DNA of 64,000 nt from TPA_inf: Saccharomyces (Eukaryota): positions 352,001-416,000 of the forward strand of contig BK006934.2 of assembly GCA_000146045.2 (NCBI GenBank). Reading direction: 5' to 3'. This document shows, piece by piece, positions 33,510-45,250 of the stretch (position 1 is its first letter; each line of letters begins with the position of its first letter). The notes under the pieces were generated by a model. It was not told the origin of the DNA. It did no database searches and was given only the letters and a program-made list of their open reading frames with translations. Position numbers and translations under genes: made by a program.

Positions 33510-34487
33510 ATGAAATTTAATTTTTCTACAATTTTCAATATCTTATTCTTTTTATTCACCTTAATTGAAGCCAACAGCAATGGGGAAACAGTCAAACTTA
33601 TTACTTCTGATGGTATTGTTTACAGTTATGCTGTCTACACAAAGACTCTTGCGCCGGCAAGGGTTGTGGTTAAAACGATTTCATATACTACTACAAGGGT
33701 ATATCCGATTACTTTAGCTAATTCCGTCGTTTCTTCCACTACTGAAAAGATAACAGAGGTTTCAACGGTGTCAGCTTCAGAACAAGTTAGTGCTACTCAA
33801 ACAAACTCATTGGTTTCTACTTCTACTGTTTCCACTATCAGTCCAACGATTTCATCTGGTTCTTCAACATCCTCTAGCTCTACATACGATATCGAATCAT
33901 CTCAAAGTATCGAATCGTCAGGTACATCTTCCGCTACAGCCGAACCATCTGCGTCTTCAGGTTTTCGTTTGACTTCTAGTTCTGCTTTTGTTTCATCTAC
34001 TGCACCTTTCTCTTCCCAACTTTCTTCATCTTCATCTTCTGAAACATCATCCTCATCATTTTCAACATCATCATCATCTGCCCCTCTTTCCTTAACTTCT
34101 TCTTCTTCTTCTTCTTCTTCTTTCGCCACTATTATTACCTTGGCACCATCGAGCTCAAAAAGCGGAAACTCTCAACTAACTTTGGCGTCATCGTCTTCCA
34201 CTTCCGCAGTTGAGTCATCCCAAACAGGGTCCACTATAGCAAGAACTACCTCTACACTGGTACCCTCTTCTAGCGTAGATACAACGTCTAGAGCAACGAC
34301 ATCCATGCCATTAGAATCGTCTTCTACGCAATCGATATCCGTCTCCAGCTCGGATGGCACTTGTTACGTTTTTTATGATGATGATGACTACTATAGTACT
34401 GTCTACTTAACTAACCCGTCTCAATCCGTTGATGCCGCCACCACTATAACTAGTACAAACACAATTTATGCTACGGTTACCATTTAG
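33510..34487 (+). CDS. DSE2: Daughter-cell-specific secreted, Ser/Thr-rich cell wall protein (325 aa)
   Basis: Signal peptide ([21 protein letters not shown]) and a long Ser-rich low-complexity region. Ace2-type ACCAGC sites lie upstream. Confidence 0.9.
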
Positions 34488-35090
34488 CGCTTAGGCATAA
34501 TGGTGGTGCATTCTTTTCTATTTGTTTTCTCAGGCGTATTTTTTCCATTATTTTTTGTTAAAAATAGTAAAAAGACAGTATTATTTATTCATTTTTCCTC
34601 GTGTTGTTATAACGACTAAGTTTCCTAATTTCTTTATTTTGTTTTTTTCTCATGATCTTTTCATTTTGTAGTTTCAACTATTATATACAATGTGTATACT
34701 ATAACTTAATTTTATTAGTTACCTCTTACTAAGGATACTGATTCTTCCCCACTCATTTCATGAATTCATCACAAGTCTTTAGTATTTTTCATATGGAAAT
34801 TACATCACCTATATATATCAAAATGTTCCGGCGAGTACATTGTCAGAATCTACAGTTTTTCCTGATATGAGCAGTGATATGGAGAAAGAGACACTAAATA
34901 AGAACAAAATATTGCCGTAGATTTAATGATTCAATCATGTGTGTCAAATTTGTTCTCCATTGCATCTTCCTATTTGACATTTGTCTCATGACCACGACAT
35001 TGTACATTACCAGGTAAGGCTACAATTAGCCTCACCGATGTAACGTTATATAACGCTGCGGTCGTAGAATATGATTTTTCTGAATTTTAA

Positions 35091-35109
35091 TTTTTTTTTT
35101 TTTTTTTTT
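35091..35109 (+). promoter_or_regulatory. Poly(dT) 19-mer ~125 bp upstream of RPC10 (nucleosome-excluding promoter tract)
   Basis: Seen directly. Confidence 0.6.
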
Positions 35110-35232
35110 CATTTCTTTAACATCTAAAATAGATTTTAGAATCAGAAAAGTGAAGAGTATTCCACATCATCGACTTATTCTACCAACATTTAATAAGAAC
35201 GTACCCAAGAATAAAAGTCCACAAGTATAACA

Positions 35233-35445
35233 ATGTCTCGCGAAGGGTTCCAGATTCCAACAAATTTAGACGCCGCAGCTGCAGGTACTTCTCAAGCTAG
35301 AACGGCAACTTTGAAGTATATTTGTGCTGAATGTTCTAGTAAATTATCTTTATCCAGAACTGATGCAGTCCGTTGTAAGGACTGTGGTCATAGAATCCTG
35401 TTGAAGGCTAGGACTAAGAGATTGGTTCAATTTGAAGCTAGATGA
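35233..35445 (+). CDS. RPC10: Shared RNA polymerase I/II/III subunit ABC10-alpha (70 aa)
   Basis: The zinc ribbon CAEC...CKDCGH and the whole 70-aa sequence match RPC10 (Rpb12). Confidence 0.95.
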   Translation: MSREGFQIPTNLDAAAAGTSQARTATLKYICAECSSKLSLSRTDAVRCKDCGHRILLKARTKRLVQFEAR

Positions 35446-35787
35446 ATGGAGAGACTGAAAACCATAATGGGTTACCGGGGCAGAATAATACGAAATAAAG
35501 AACCTAGGTTTTCCAAGGTTTTTGCAATATATAAACTTGTGCTTGATTTAAGTTTATGCAGCACTTTTCTTCCAGCAAATTCTTTATGTTTTTTTAAGGG
35601 AAAACGTATATCACTTAGAGATTATATTAATGAAAAAAGGTGTATACAAATGTATAATAATAATAGTATATAAGAAAAGTATTCGCTATTTATAGTGATT
35701 TTAGTTTGTACAATGTACTGTATTTTTTTTAAATGTAGTATTTTATATATATGTTACATTAGTTCGAACTGAAAAGGAACTTATGAA

Positions 35788-36726
35788 TTAAATCATCACA
35801 ATTCTTGGTTCTTCCGTAAAGCTGAATTGCCGGACGGTTATTCCCGCATTCTTCAAGACCTTGAAACTTTCCTCGTCCATTCTATAACTTTGGCTATAAA
35901 CTACTTCACTGATGCCTGTTTGAACAATCTTTACAGAACATGTTAAGCAAGGGCAAGTATCACAGTATAAGGTCGCATTTTGACCTACACGATCCCTGCC
36001 AGCTTCCAGTAGTGCATTCTCTTCTGCATGTAAGCATAAGCAAGTGTGCAGATTTCTAGAATCACCGTCATTGCAACGTGGGCAACCGCCATTGAAACAA
36101 TTTGTTAAATGTCGAGGAGTCCCATTATAGCCAGTAGCAATCACTCTGCATTCTCTCACAATCACGCAACCAACTCTACGTTTCATGCAATTGGAACGAG
36201 ATGCTGCTAGTGTGGCTAACTTCATAAAATAGCTATCCCAACTAGGCCTCATTAATGGAGCCATTTGTTTCTCTTTGTCATCGAGAATCTTTAATTGTGT
36301 GGTAATGTTATTAATCAAGCTCTGTCTCCTTCCTCTGCGGTCCTCATTAACTATTTTAAATCTCAAATGGGATTTCTCCCTTAATTTGATGCCTTCAGGC
36401 TGAAAGTCATGTTGATCAATGGCTTGTATTATTTGTTCTAATGATAAGCTTTCTGCTTGAGTCGTTTTCCTGTATAATGCTACCCTTGTAGTGACAGGAG
36501 CGTCGATAGAAAGATGAACAAAAAATGGTCTCTTTTCCAGTTTCTCCAGTAATGATAATTTTTCTAGGAATATAACTGAATTTTTTGTGTAATTTTTCGT
36601 AGCATAATCTAATATCTCCTCTGGATTATCTAGGTGATTGAGTAATTCAAAATGAAAATGATCAACCAACATGTTAATAACATCTTCGCATCCGCAAAAT
36701 TTCGTACCACTTACACCAATTAACAT
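35788..36726 (-). CDS. DCD1: dCMP deaminase (312 aa)
   Basis: Cytidine/deoxycytidylate deaminase zinc motifs (HAEENA ... PCLTCS). Confidence 0.95.
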   Translation of the reverse strand: MLIGVSGTKFCGCEDVINMLVDHFHFELLNHLDNPEEILDYATKNYTKNSVIFLEKLSLLEKLEKRPFFVHLSIDAPVTTRVALYRKTTQAESLSLEQIIQAIDQHDFQPEGIKLREKSHLRFKIVNEDRRGRRQSLINNITTQLKILDDKEKQMAPLMRPSWDSYFMKLATLAASRSNCMKRRVGCVIVRECRVIATGYNGTPRHLTNCFNGGCPRCNDGDSRNLHTCLCLHAEENALLEAGRDRVGQNATLYCDTCPCLTCSVKIVQTGISEVVYSQSYRMDEESFKVLKNAGITVRQFSFTEEPRIVMI

Positions 36727-36892
36727 AATCGTGTTATATTGATTAGTGTAGCATTCACACCTTTAATGTGCCAAAAAAAGATGTTGAATTCTATGGTAAT
36801 GCAGAAGTTTCAATTCTCGAGATTGCCTACATCATCTCATAACTGCGTACCGCGCGTTCTTGCAAAGAACAAAAAAGTGAAAAAATTATAAT

Positions 36893-36995
36893 GGGGCGAG
36901 CTGGGAATTGAACCCAGGGCCTCTCGCATGCTTTGTCTTCCTGTTTAGGCAGGAAGTCGCCCAAAGCGAGAATCATACCACTAGACCACACGCCC
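36893..36995 (-). tRNA. tP(UGG): tRNA-Pro (UGG) with intron
   Basis: The reverse complement reads GGGCGTGTGGTCTAGTGGTATGATTCTCGCTTTGGG[intron]GCGAGAGGCCCTGGGTTCAATTCCCAGCTCGCCCC, which is yeast tRNA-Pro(UGG) with a ~31-nt intron. Confidence 0.9.
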
Positions 36996-37176
36996 ATGTA
37001 TCTGTTGGTGTTCTAAATAAAGAATTAAACTATGTAGGCATAAAAAGAGACGGGAGCATCTTAAAGATGCAACTGGATGGAGAATGGCAAAATATGAAGA
37101 AGAAGGAAGGAAAAGAAATATTATTATGCGTAACTGTTGATTCCTTTTTGTGGATTTCTTGAGGAGAATGTCTTTT

Positions 37177-37509
37177 TGAAGAGTGGGTGAATTTTGAGAT
37201 AATTGTTGGGATTCCATTTTTAATAAGGCAATAATATTAGGTATGTAGAATGTACTAGAAGTTCTCCTCGAGGATTTAGGAATCCATAAAAGGGAATCTG
37301 CAATTCTACACAATTCTATAAATATTATTATCATCATTTTATATGTTAATATTCATTGATCCTATTACATTATCAATCCTTGCGTTTCAGCTTCCACTAA
37401 TTTAGATGACTATTTCTCATCATTTGCGTCATCTTCTAACACCGTATATGATAATATACTAGTAACGTAAATACTAGTTAGTAGATGATAGTTGATTTTT
37501 ATTCCAACA
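37177..37509 (-). mobile_element. Solo Ty1/Ty2 delta LTR (~333 bp), ~180 bp upstream of tRNA-Pro
   Basis: The reverse complement runs TGTTGGAATAAAAATCAACTATCATCTACTAACTAGTATTTACGTTACTAGTATATTATCATATACGGTG...GGAAGCTGAAACGCAAGGATTGATAATGTAATAGGATCAATGAATAT.... TG...CA termini are present. No internal Ty sequence is present. Confidence 0.85.
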
Positions 37510-37555
37510 CTTTTATATATTCTGTATTTGATGTTATAGCTTTATCAATTACAGA

Positions 37556-37856
37556 ATGCCAAAAATTATCAAATTATTCACCAATATCCCAAATTTTAAT
37601 GCAACCGTTATGATCCGACTATTGATAAAGGAAATTCCTATTCTACATAATGTTACTGGTATTTCTTCTTCCGTTTTTTATGTCGTCATTCGTCATCCTA
37701 TTGCATTATCAATCTTTGCGTTTCAGCTTCCATTAAATTATGAAGATTATTTTTCAATCTTAAAGTCATCTTCTTACACTGGATATAATAATATACTAGC
37801 AGTATGAATATTAGTCGATAGACGATAGTTGGTTCTATTTCGACGGGTAATATTCT
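37556..37856 (-). mobile_element. Second, more degenerate delta/tau-like LTR remnant
   Basis: Aligns in the same orientation to the intact delta (aaggaaattcctattctacataatgtt... / tcctattgcattatcaatctttgcgtttcagcttccattaaatta... / tcgatagacgatagttgg) with many substitutions and indels. Confidence 0.5.
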
Positions 37857-38299
37857 ACTAATACCAATGACACTATTAATTTACCTAACAGAAATTCTTC
37901 TTCAATTGACCCTAGCGTTTGCCTTATTATCAAGACACTGAAGGTAAAGTTGCCGATAAACTTTTTGGGTTCCACTGTGCACCTATTTCTATGCTTCAAT
38001 AAGCAGTTCCAGGTAAGGTTTCACCATTTCAACCCAAGTAAATGCTATGTAGTTATAATATTAATTAATGTGTTCTACTGGTTTTTCTGTGCATAAAAAA
38101 GACGCTCTGACGCCATTTATCTTGGTGTGTTACCCGTTAGGAAAAGTGGCGTTGCTAAAATTGTTGAAACCCGATCTCATCGCCTGGTAAACAATACAAA
38201 CAAGGATTTGAACAAGGTTTTATCATTTTCTGATACGTTTTTTGTACTTACAAAATAAAAGATACAAAAATCACTAAGAAAACTAATCTATCAATAAAA

Positions 38300-39697
38300 A
38301 TGAGTAGTGAACTCATGTTCAACTATACTTTTAGCTGGCCTGCTGGTCCAAAAGATGTTATTTTAACAGGAACGTTTGATGACTGGAGGGGCACTTTACC
38401 CCTCGTGAAGACCGCCAAGGGAAATTTCGAAATTACTATGCCCGTGAAGCTAGCCAACAAGGATGATACGTTTCAGTTTAAGTTTATTGTGGATGGCGTT
38501 TGGTGCGTTAGTGATTCGTATAAAAAGGAGCATGTTAGTGAAGGAATCGAAAACAATTTCTTACAAATTACCGATTTAGTTGAAACGCAGGAAGTTGCCG
38601 GTGCCAGTAGAATCCCGGAGGCAGGTGGCCTATTATGTGGTAAACCGCCTCGTTCAGCAGGTCCTCCTTCTACAAGTAATAGAAAGAAAAACAAGCGTAA
38701 CAATAAGAAAAGAAGATCTAAATTGAAGAAAAAGAGTACTAAGAACAACAAGAAGTCAAATGAAAGTTTAGACGATAATGAAGAAGAAGACGGGGTGACT
38801 GGAACTACTACTGAAGATGTTACTGGAACCTCTAGGGAAGAAACTCCATTGGCGGAGCCTACTAATGTTTCCAAAGAAGCTCCGGGCAATTTCCATATTC
38901 TGCCAATCGATCAAAGTGCAGACACAACTCAATCAAATGGTATAATTGGTGGACCAGGTCCTGTTCTTGTCCCAAACCCTGGTGAAATCAAGGAATTTAC
39001 CGAAATTAGAGACGTTGATGCTAGGGAATTGAATGAAAGACTTAACAAAAAAGAAGAGGTTCCAGAACCCGTTGCTGGCCCTATTGTTGAATCATCAGTT
39101 ACGGAAAAGAGTCCTGCTCTTCCACAAGCTGACGACCCGATTGTTGAGACCAAGGAAGTGGCTCATAATGTGCAGGAACTTACTCCTCAAGTGGAAGCGG
39201 TTACTCCGTTAATAAATGAGCCCGAACCATTACCAACTCCGGAAGCACAAATATCTATACCTGAGTCATCGAAAGTTGAACCAGTGGAGGGGTCTCTTCA
39301 ATCTAAGTTGGTGGAGAAACGTGAGTCCACTGAAGGTGTATTAGACGGTTCCAAAAAAGTAGAAAATAAGGCAAAAAAAGATGAAGAGGTCTTTACATTA
39401 GACCCCATCGTTAACAAAGCTCCCAAGCTACCCTTGACTGACGAGCAAACAGCTGAAGGTAGAAAATCACCAGCAGTGTCAGAAGAAAAAGAAAAGAAAA
39501 AGAAGCAAGAAAAAGGCTCTAAAGAGGTCAAGAGGTCAGAAACCAGTAAAGAAAAAAAGCCTTCTGCCAAAGAGGTTAAGAAACAAACTGTAAAAGCCCC
39601 AAAGAAACAGACAGCTTCTCCTTTGTCTTCTTCGACAGAAGAGCCCAAGAAGAAGAAAACTGGTTTCTTCGGCAAATTGAAGAAGCTATTTAAGTGA
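38300..39697 (+). CDS. CRP1: Cruciform DNA-recognition protein with an AMPK-beta-like glycogen-binding (CBM48) N-terminus (465 aa)
   Basis: N-terminal [27 protein letters not shown]...[15 protein letters not shown] (CBM48-like), followed by a long Lys/Glu/Pro-rich tail. The length matches CRP1. Confidence 0.9.
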
Positions 39698-39780
39698 ATT
39701 ATCTAAGGATTGGTCTCATGTTGCCGAATCATAGAAATATAAGAAAAAAATTAAAAAAAAAAAGAAAGAAAGTATAATAC

Positions 39781-39965
39781 TAATATTGGCAATAATGCTA
39801 ACACATTACTAATAATAGCAATAATATTAATAATAATAATAATAATAATAAATTATAATAATAGCAGTAATAAAAATATCAAATAATAATAATAGTAATA
39901 GTAGTAGTAGTAGTAGCAGTTGTAGTAATGATAATAATAATATAATAATAATATAATAATAGTAT
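39781..39965. repeat. ~185-bp compound AAT/AGT/ATAATA microsatellite field downstream of CRP1
   Basis: Contains (AAT)8, (AGT)6 and interleaved ataataatagtataataatagtataag repeats. Confidence 0.85.
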
Positions 39966-40638
39966 AATAATAGTATAAGTAGTTGTAGGTAAAAATCTTT
40001 GATTTATCTTATCTGGTTGCAATGCTTCTCCCCTCTGATGCCTAATATGTCTATCTTTATCCTATACCAATTGGCAGGGGAGCAATCATAATTTACATTA
40101 ATATCGTCCACCATACCCTGAAATTCCAAAAGAGTTCGAGAAATTGGAAGGTACAGCATTTCATTTACTCACTTATTTGATCTTTTCTTTTGTTTTCTGG
40201 TAAACATCTTTGTTTTAAATGGGCTCTCTACAACAAAACATGAAAAGTACTCAAGAAAAAAAATCTTTATTAGCGTTGGAATCAAAAAATATATAGCATT
40301 AGCAGAACGTTAAAGAGGATATTTGGTTTCTAGTCTAAATGGTGTTCCCTTTTCGAAACTGTATAAAATGAAAGGTAAGGTTCGAACTTCTGTGGCCTTA
40401 CTTATTGCGTTCATATTCCGTGAAACTAGTATATATTAAAGGTTGCAAGCCAAGAGTTTCATTGAACACCAAAATGTTTACCAAGCAAGAACACGTCACC
40501 GCATTAATAACCAATATAAATTTCATTTAAGTTATTTTCATAGGATATTTACAAGGTATTCCCTATAAAGTATAAGAAAAGATACATGTCATAAAAAAAA
40601 TTACGAAAATGAGTACGAAAATAACTGAAATCCTGAAG

Positions 40639-41292
<654 letters not shown>

Positions 41293-41533
41293 TCAATTCC
41301 TATAGTAAGATTTGCGATAGCTTTATTGCGTGATCTTCCCTTACTTACTAGTATTTGATATTCTTCCTCTATAACCGTAGCGTCTCCTCGCTATTTCCGC
41401 TCGCCTTTCATTACCCTCTACTTCCAGTGAAAAAAATTTCACTGATATAAGCTCATCGCAACAAAAATTCAATGGGATAAGTAATATAGAACGTTCTAAA
41501 TAGATAAACCACCAGGCATAATCACAACCAATA

Positions 41534-42085
41534 ATGGTTAGAAAACTAAAGCATCATGAGCAAAAGTTATTGAAAAAAGTAGACTTCCTTGAATGGAAGC
41601 AGGACCAAGGCCACCGGGACACTCAGGTCATGAGAACATATCATATTCAGAATCGTGAAGATTATCATAAATACAATAGGATATGCGGTGATATTCGTCG
41701 TCTTGCCAATAAATTATCATTATTACCTCCCACTGATCCATTTCGTCGCAAACATGAGCAATTATTACTGGACAAGCTATACGCTATGGGTGTCCTGACA
41801 ACTAAATCAAAGATTTCTGATCTGGAAAATAAAGTTACTGTTAGTGCCATCTGTAGGAGGCGATTACCTGTAATAATGCATAGATTAAAAATGGCGGAAA
41901 CTATACAAGATGCAGTCAAGTTCATTGAACAAGGGCATGTTCGCGTGGGTCCAAATTTGATCAACGATCCAGCCTACCTCGTAACGAGAAATATGGAGGA
42001 CTACGTTACTTGGGTGGACAACTCTAAGATCAAGAAAACCTTGTTGAGATACAGAAACCAAATCGACGATTTTGATTTTTCATAA
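41534..42085 (+). CDS. IMP3: U3 snoRNP protein, S4/uS4-like (183 aa)
   Basis: [21 protein letters not shown]... with an S4 RNA-binding domain ([24 protein letters not shown]). Confidence 0.95.
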
Positions 42086-42454
42086 ATTGACTACAAACTT
42101 ACGTTTTCTGTATCAATACTCGATTTATCATCTTCCTACATTGTGAAATTATTACGAATAGGCAACGAGGCAGCAAATACAAATGATGTGAGGCGCCTGA
42201 GCTTTCTTAAAAGCTGGAAGCATGAAAAATTGTTATATACACAAAGGAACTTCTTCGTCGTATGCAAAAATAAGAAAAACCGCAAAACAATTTCTCATCG
42301 GCGTCATTTGTTAAATATGCCTTAAAACTTAAAAATACACTTCGAAAAAATCCTATTTAACATAAATTAATTTGTATAAATACGCAATTTGTAAAATTTC
42401 TCCAATAAAACATCAATTTATATATCCGATAATTGTCCGTTCATTATCTACACT

Positions 42455-44659
42455 TCAGTTGACGGTATAATTATGTGAAGAGCCTAATTGTTTTCTTAAA
42501 TCGTCCTGTGAACCACTATGTGGCAAAATTCCACCAACACTTGGTGGCTGTACAACATCTGTCTCTTCTAATATCCCACTAACACGAGAATTATACAGTT
42601 GCTGCTGCTGCTGTTGCAGATAGATATTATTTTGTGTGGTCAGACTGTTATTTCTTGAATTGGTTGCGCTTACACTTCTGAAAGAACCTGCTGGCTTATA
42701 AGATGGTTTTGCCGTCAAATCCGAAGGATTGGTCATTACCACACTTTGTCTAAGTTGATAAGGTGAAGGAACCGCCCCATTTTCGTTAAACTTCATATAT
42801 TGGCCTTGCTGCTGTGGAGCATAATAGGCATCGTTTGTCGGTGAATAAAACATTTCCGGATGATCGACCGGATTTAACGCAGTTCCGTTTAGTCTGGCAG
42901 TCTGTAATTGAAGAAGTTGTTGCTTGTTTGGTCTTTTAAAAGAGGTCAATGAATGCGAGGAAGCTGATTGAGCTAAATATGCGGGAGTTGGTAATTCTCC
43001 AATAGTTTCCAGGGTCTGAGGATGATTATGTTGCTGTTGTTGAGGAGTTGGTACACCGTACCATTGTGGATTTTGCACGAATTGCGCAGTATACCCCTGT
43101 TGCTGAGGATTTCCGCTATATCCATTGCCAGGATACTGTGTGTGGCCATTATATACTGGTGATTGTTCCTGTTGTTGATATTGATCCTGATAATTCAACG
43201 GCTGAATTGCTTCGGAATAAATTGAGGAAGCAATTCTATTGGAAGGCGCTGCTTCCGTATCGTTCACGGTGAGTGTATCCTGCACTGGATATTGTTTCTG
43301 GCTTTGGGCCATTTCTGGACCATATTCTGCCAAGTTAGTATTGTTTAGAGGAAGTGCTTCTTTCACCAGGTGTTTTGCTTCCGGTACCTCATTATTGTCG
43401 ATATTGTCGTTATTATTAATTTTGATAGAAGGCAGTGGATTCTGGACTATATTATCCACTCTATTCTCCTCCTGCGATATATCATTTGCATTATCTGCTT
43501 TATCCTCTTCCTTTTTCATTGTTTTAGCTCTATCCAAATAAACTTGATAAATACTTTTCATTCTCTTAATATCTTCTTCTTCATTAGGGGATAAGAGTGA
43601 TACATAGTAATCATCATCTTGACTTTTACTGCTACTACGATCATTCATATGTTCAGCTTCTCTGATATCTTGAAGTTCATAATTATCATCATCCTTACCA
43701 AAACGCAGATTCCTTTCATGTGTCTTTTCTGAACTATTATCAAGTTCGAATTCGAACGCGTCATTGCTTGCAGACTCATTTGACTCATTCAAAACCTCAG
43801 CCTCTTCACTAACTGAGGACGAATCATTGTCTTCATTAGGAAATGTAAACTGCTTGTTGGCACCTTCTGTGGCAGAACCACGGGAAAGCTGGTTATTATG
43901 GATTGGGCTACCGTGAGATCGAAAGCTTTCACTCTCTTGAAATCTTGAAGACGCTCTTATTGGTGTACAATTCGAAAAGTTATCAGGATGCAAGGACGTT
44001 TGACTGGCATTTCTAGACTCGGCCGCAACTTTATAGCCACCTAGTCCATCTTCTTGTACTCTCATGGCAAAATCTCTCAAACTGTTAGAGTCGTTCGATT
44101 CCTGTGGAAGCTGAAACGGGTCTACGTACCATGACCGACCAATTGCAGGTGGGGTAGCGCTTCTCACATTATATTTACTACTATGCATGCTACCAACAAA
44201 GGGATCTGAAGGCGGCTGTTGCAAGGTCTTTTCCATGAAGTCTTGCTGCGAGTCGCTAGAGTACAAATGATTTATTCCAGGTGAATAATCCTTCATTGTC
44301 GGTAAAAATTCAGAATCTCCTTCGAAATCTGGATCATTATCTTCCTCAGCTTCCTTTTTGCTTCTCCTATACACAATGCAAAGTATCACAGCCAGAACAA
44401 TGATAATGACACCTACTGGTACCGCAACAGCCACACCAACAGTTACACTGGTGCTGTGACTCGAATCTGTGGGTAATTGACATTGCTGTTTAGAGCCTGT
44501 ACATTCAGCAGATTTGCTATTTTTCGTGCTGGATGCTGAGGAAGAAGATGAATCGCTATCGTCTCTTCTAGTGAGCCTTGCATAAGCATAAGACGCATCA
44601 GAAACACTTACCGTTGAAGTCACAGATATTAAACTTTCATGCATATGGGTGTGGTACAT
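42455..44659 (-). CDS. SKG6: Single-pass membrane protein at sites of polarized growth (734 aa)
   Basis: One TM helix (VGVIIIVLAVILCIVY) and a long Ser/Asn/Gln-rich cytoplasmic tail. The length matches SKG6. Confidence 0.8.
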   Translation of the reverse strand: MYHTHMHESLISVTSTVSVSDASYAYARLTRRDDSDSSSSSASSTKNSKSAECTGSKQQCQLPTDSSHSTSVTVGVAVAVPVGVIIIVLAVILCIVYRRSKKEAEEDNDPDFEGDSEFLPTMKDYSPGINHLYSSDSQQDFMEKTLQQPPSDPFVGSMHSSKYNVRSATPPAIGRSWYVDPFQLPQESNDSNSLRDFAMRVQEDGLGGYKVAAESRNASQTSLHPDNFSNCTPIRASSRFQESESFRSHGSPIHNNQLSRGSATEGANKQFTFPNEDNDSSSVSEEAEVLNESNESASNDAFEFELDNSSEKTHERNLRFGKDDDNYELQDIREAEHMNDRSSSKSQDDDYYVSLLSPNEEEDIKRMKSIYQVYLDRAKTMKKEEDKADNANDISQEENRVDNIVQNPLPSIKINNNDNIDNNEVPEAKHLVKEALPLNNTNLAEYGPEMAQSQKQYPVQDTLTVNDTEAAPSNRIASSIYSEAIQPLNYQDQYQQQEQSPVYNGHTQYPGNGYSGNPQQQGYTAQFVQNPQWYGVPTPQQQQHNHPQTLETIGELPTPAYLAQSASSHSLTSFKRPNKQQLLQLQTARLNGTALNPVDHPEMFYSPTNDAYYAPQQQGQYMKFNENGAVPSPYQLRQSVVMTNPSDLTAKPSYKPAGSFRSVSATNSRNNSLTTQNNIYLQQQQQQLYNSRVSGILEETDVVQPPSVGGILPHSGSQDDLRKQLGSSHNYTVN

Positions 44660-44945
44660 CGCGAACTATATCTTTGTTAGAACTATGTGACGCTATATGA
44701 GTTCAACGAAAAACTATGAAAGGTAATGAAAGAATGAAAAGAAGAACCAGTGAAAAATTCGATATGGATAAAGACAAGGCCTGCTCCCCACAAAAGCTTC
44801 ACCATGAGTTTGTTATTGATTATTAAAAGTTCTTATTGAGATAAAAAGAGAAAAAATACGGAAGAAACCTTGTCTTTTCGATGAACTTTCCTATTTGGGT
44901 GAGCAGTTTTCCTCTTCGAGCTGCAAAAAAGTTTATCGCTTCGCG

Positions 44946-44963
44946 AAAAAAAAAAAAAAAAAA
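44946..44963 (+). promoter_or_regulatory. Poly(dA) ~18-mer in the SKG6/PEX28 divergent intergenic region
   Basis: Seen directly. Confidence 0.55.
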
Positions 44964-45250
44964 ATTTAAAGAATTTCAAAACGTGTCAGGGCTACTAAAT
45001 AATTGAACGAGGTCTATGAAATAAAATGGGCTGAGAAAATTTCAAGAAAAAGGAAATAAGTAAGGGCTATTTAGGGTTAGTGGAATGGCTTTTATTATTT
45101 CCGCCGCGATGAACTTCCCTTTTATTGTGACATGATAGACATAAATATGACGAATGCCTACGAATTGGAGTCATCAGTAGATAGAACCATAATGAATAAG
45201 ATAAAAACGCAGGTATTTAGGGTGACAAAGAGATAATATATCTTCAGCAA

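Noticed and set aside
36908-37337. Two ORFs (84 aa plus, 118 aa minus) overlapping tRNA-Pro and the delta LTR (YHR145C-type)
   Set aside because: They overlap an RNA gene and a transposon LTR. They are spurious.
40340-40420. GGTTCGAAC motif resembling a tRNA T-loop
   Set aside because: No complementary acceptor stem or D-arm lies around it, so it is not a tRNA.
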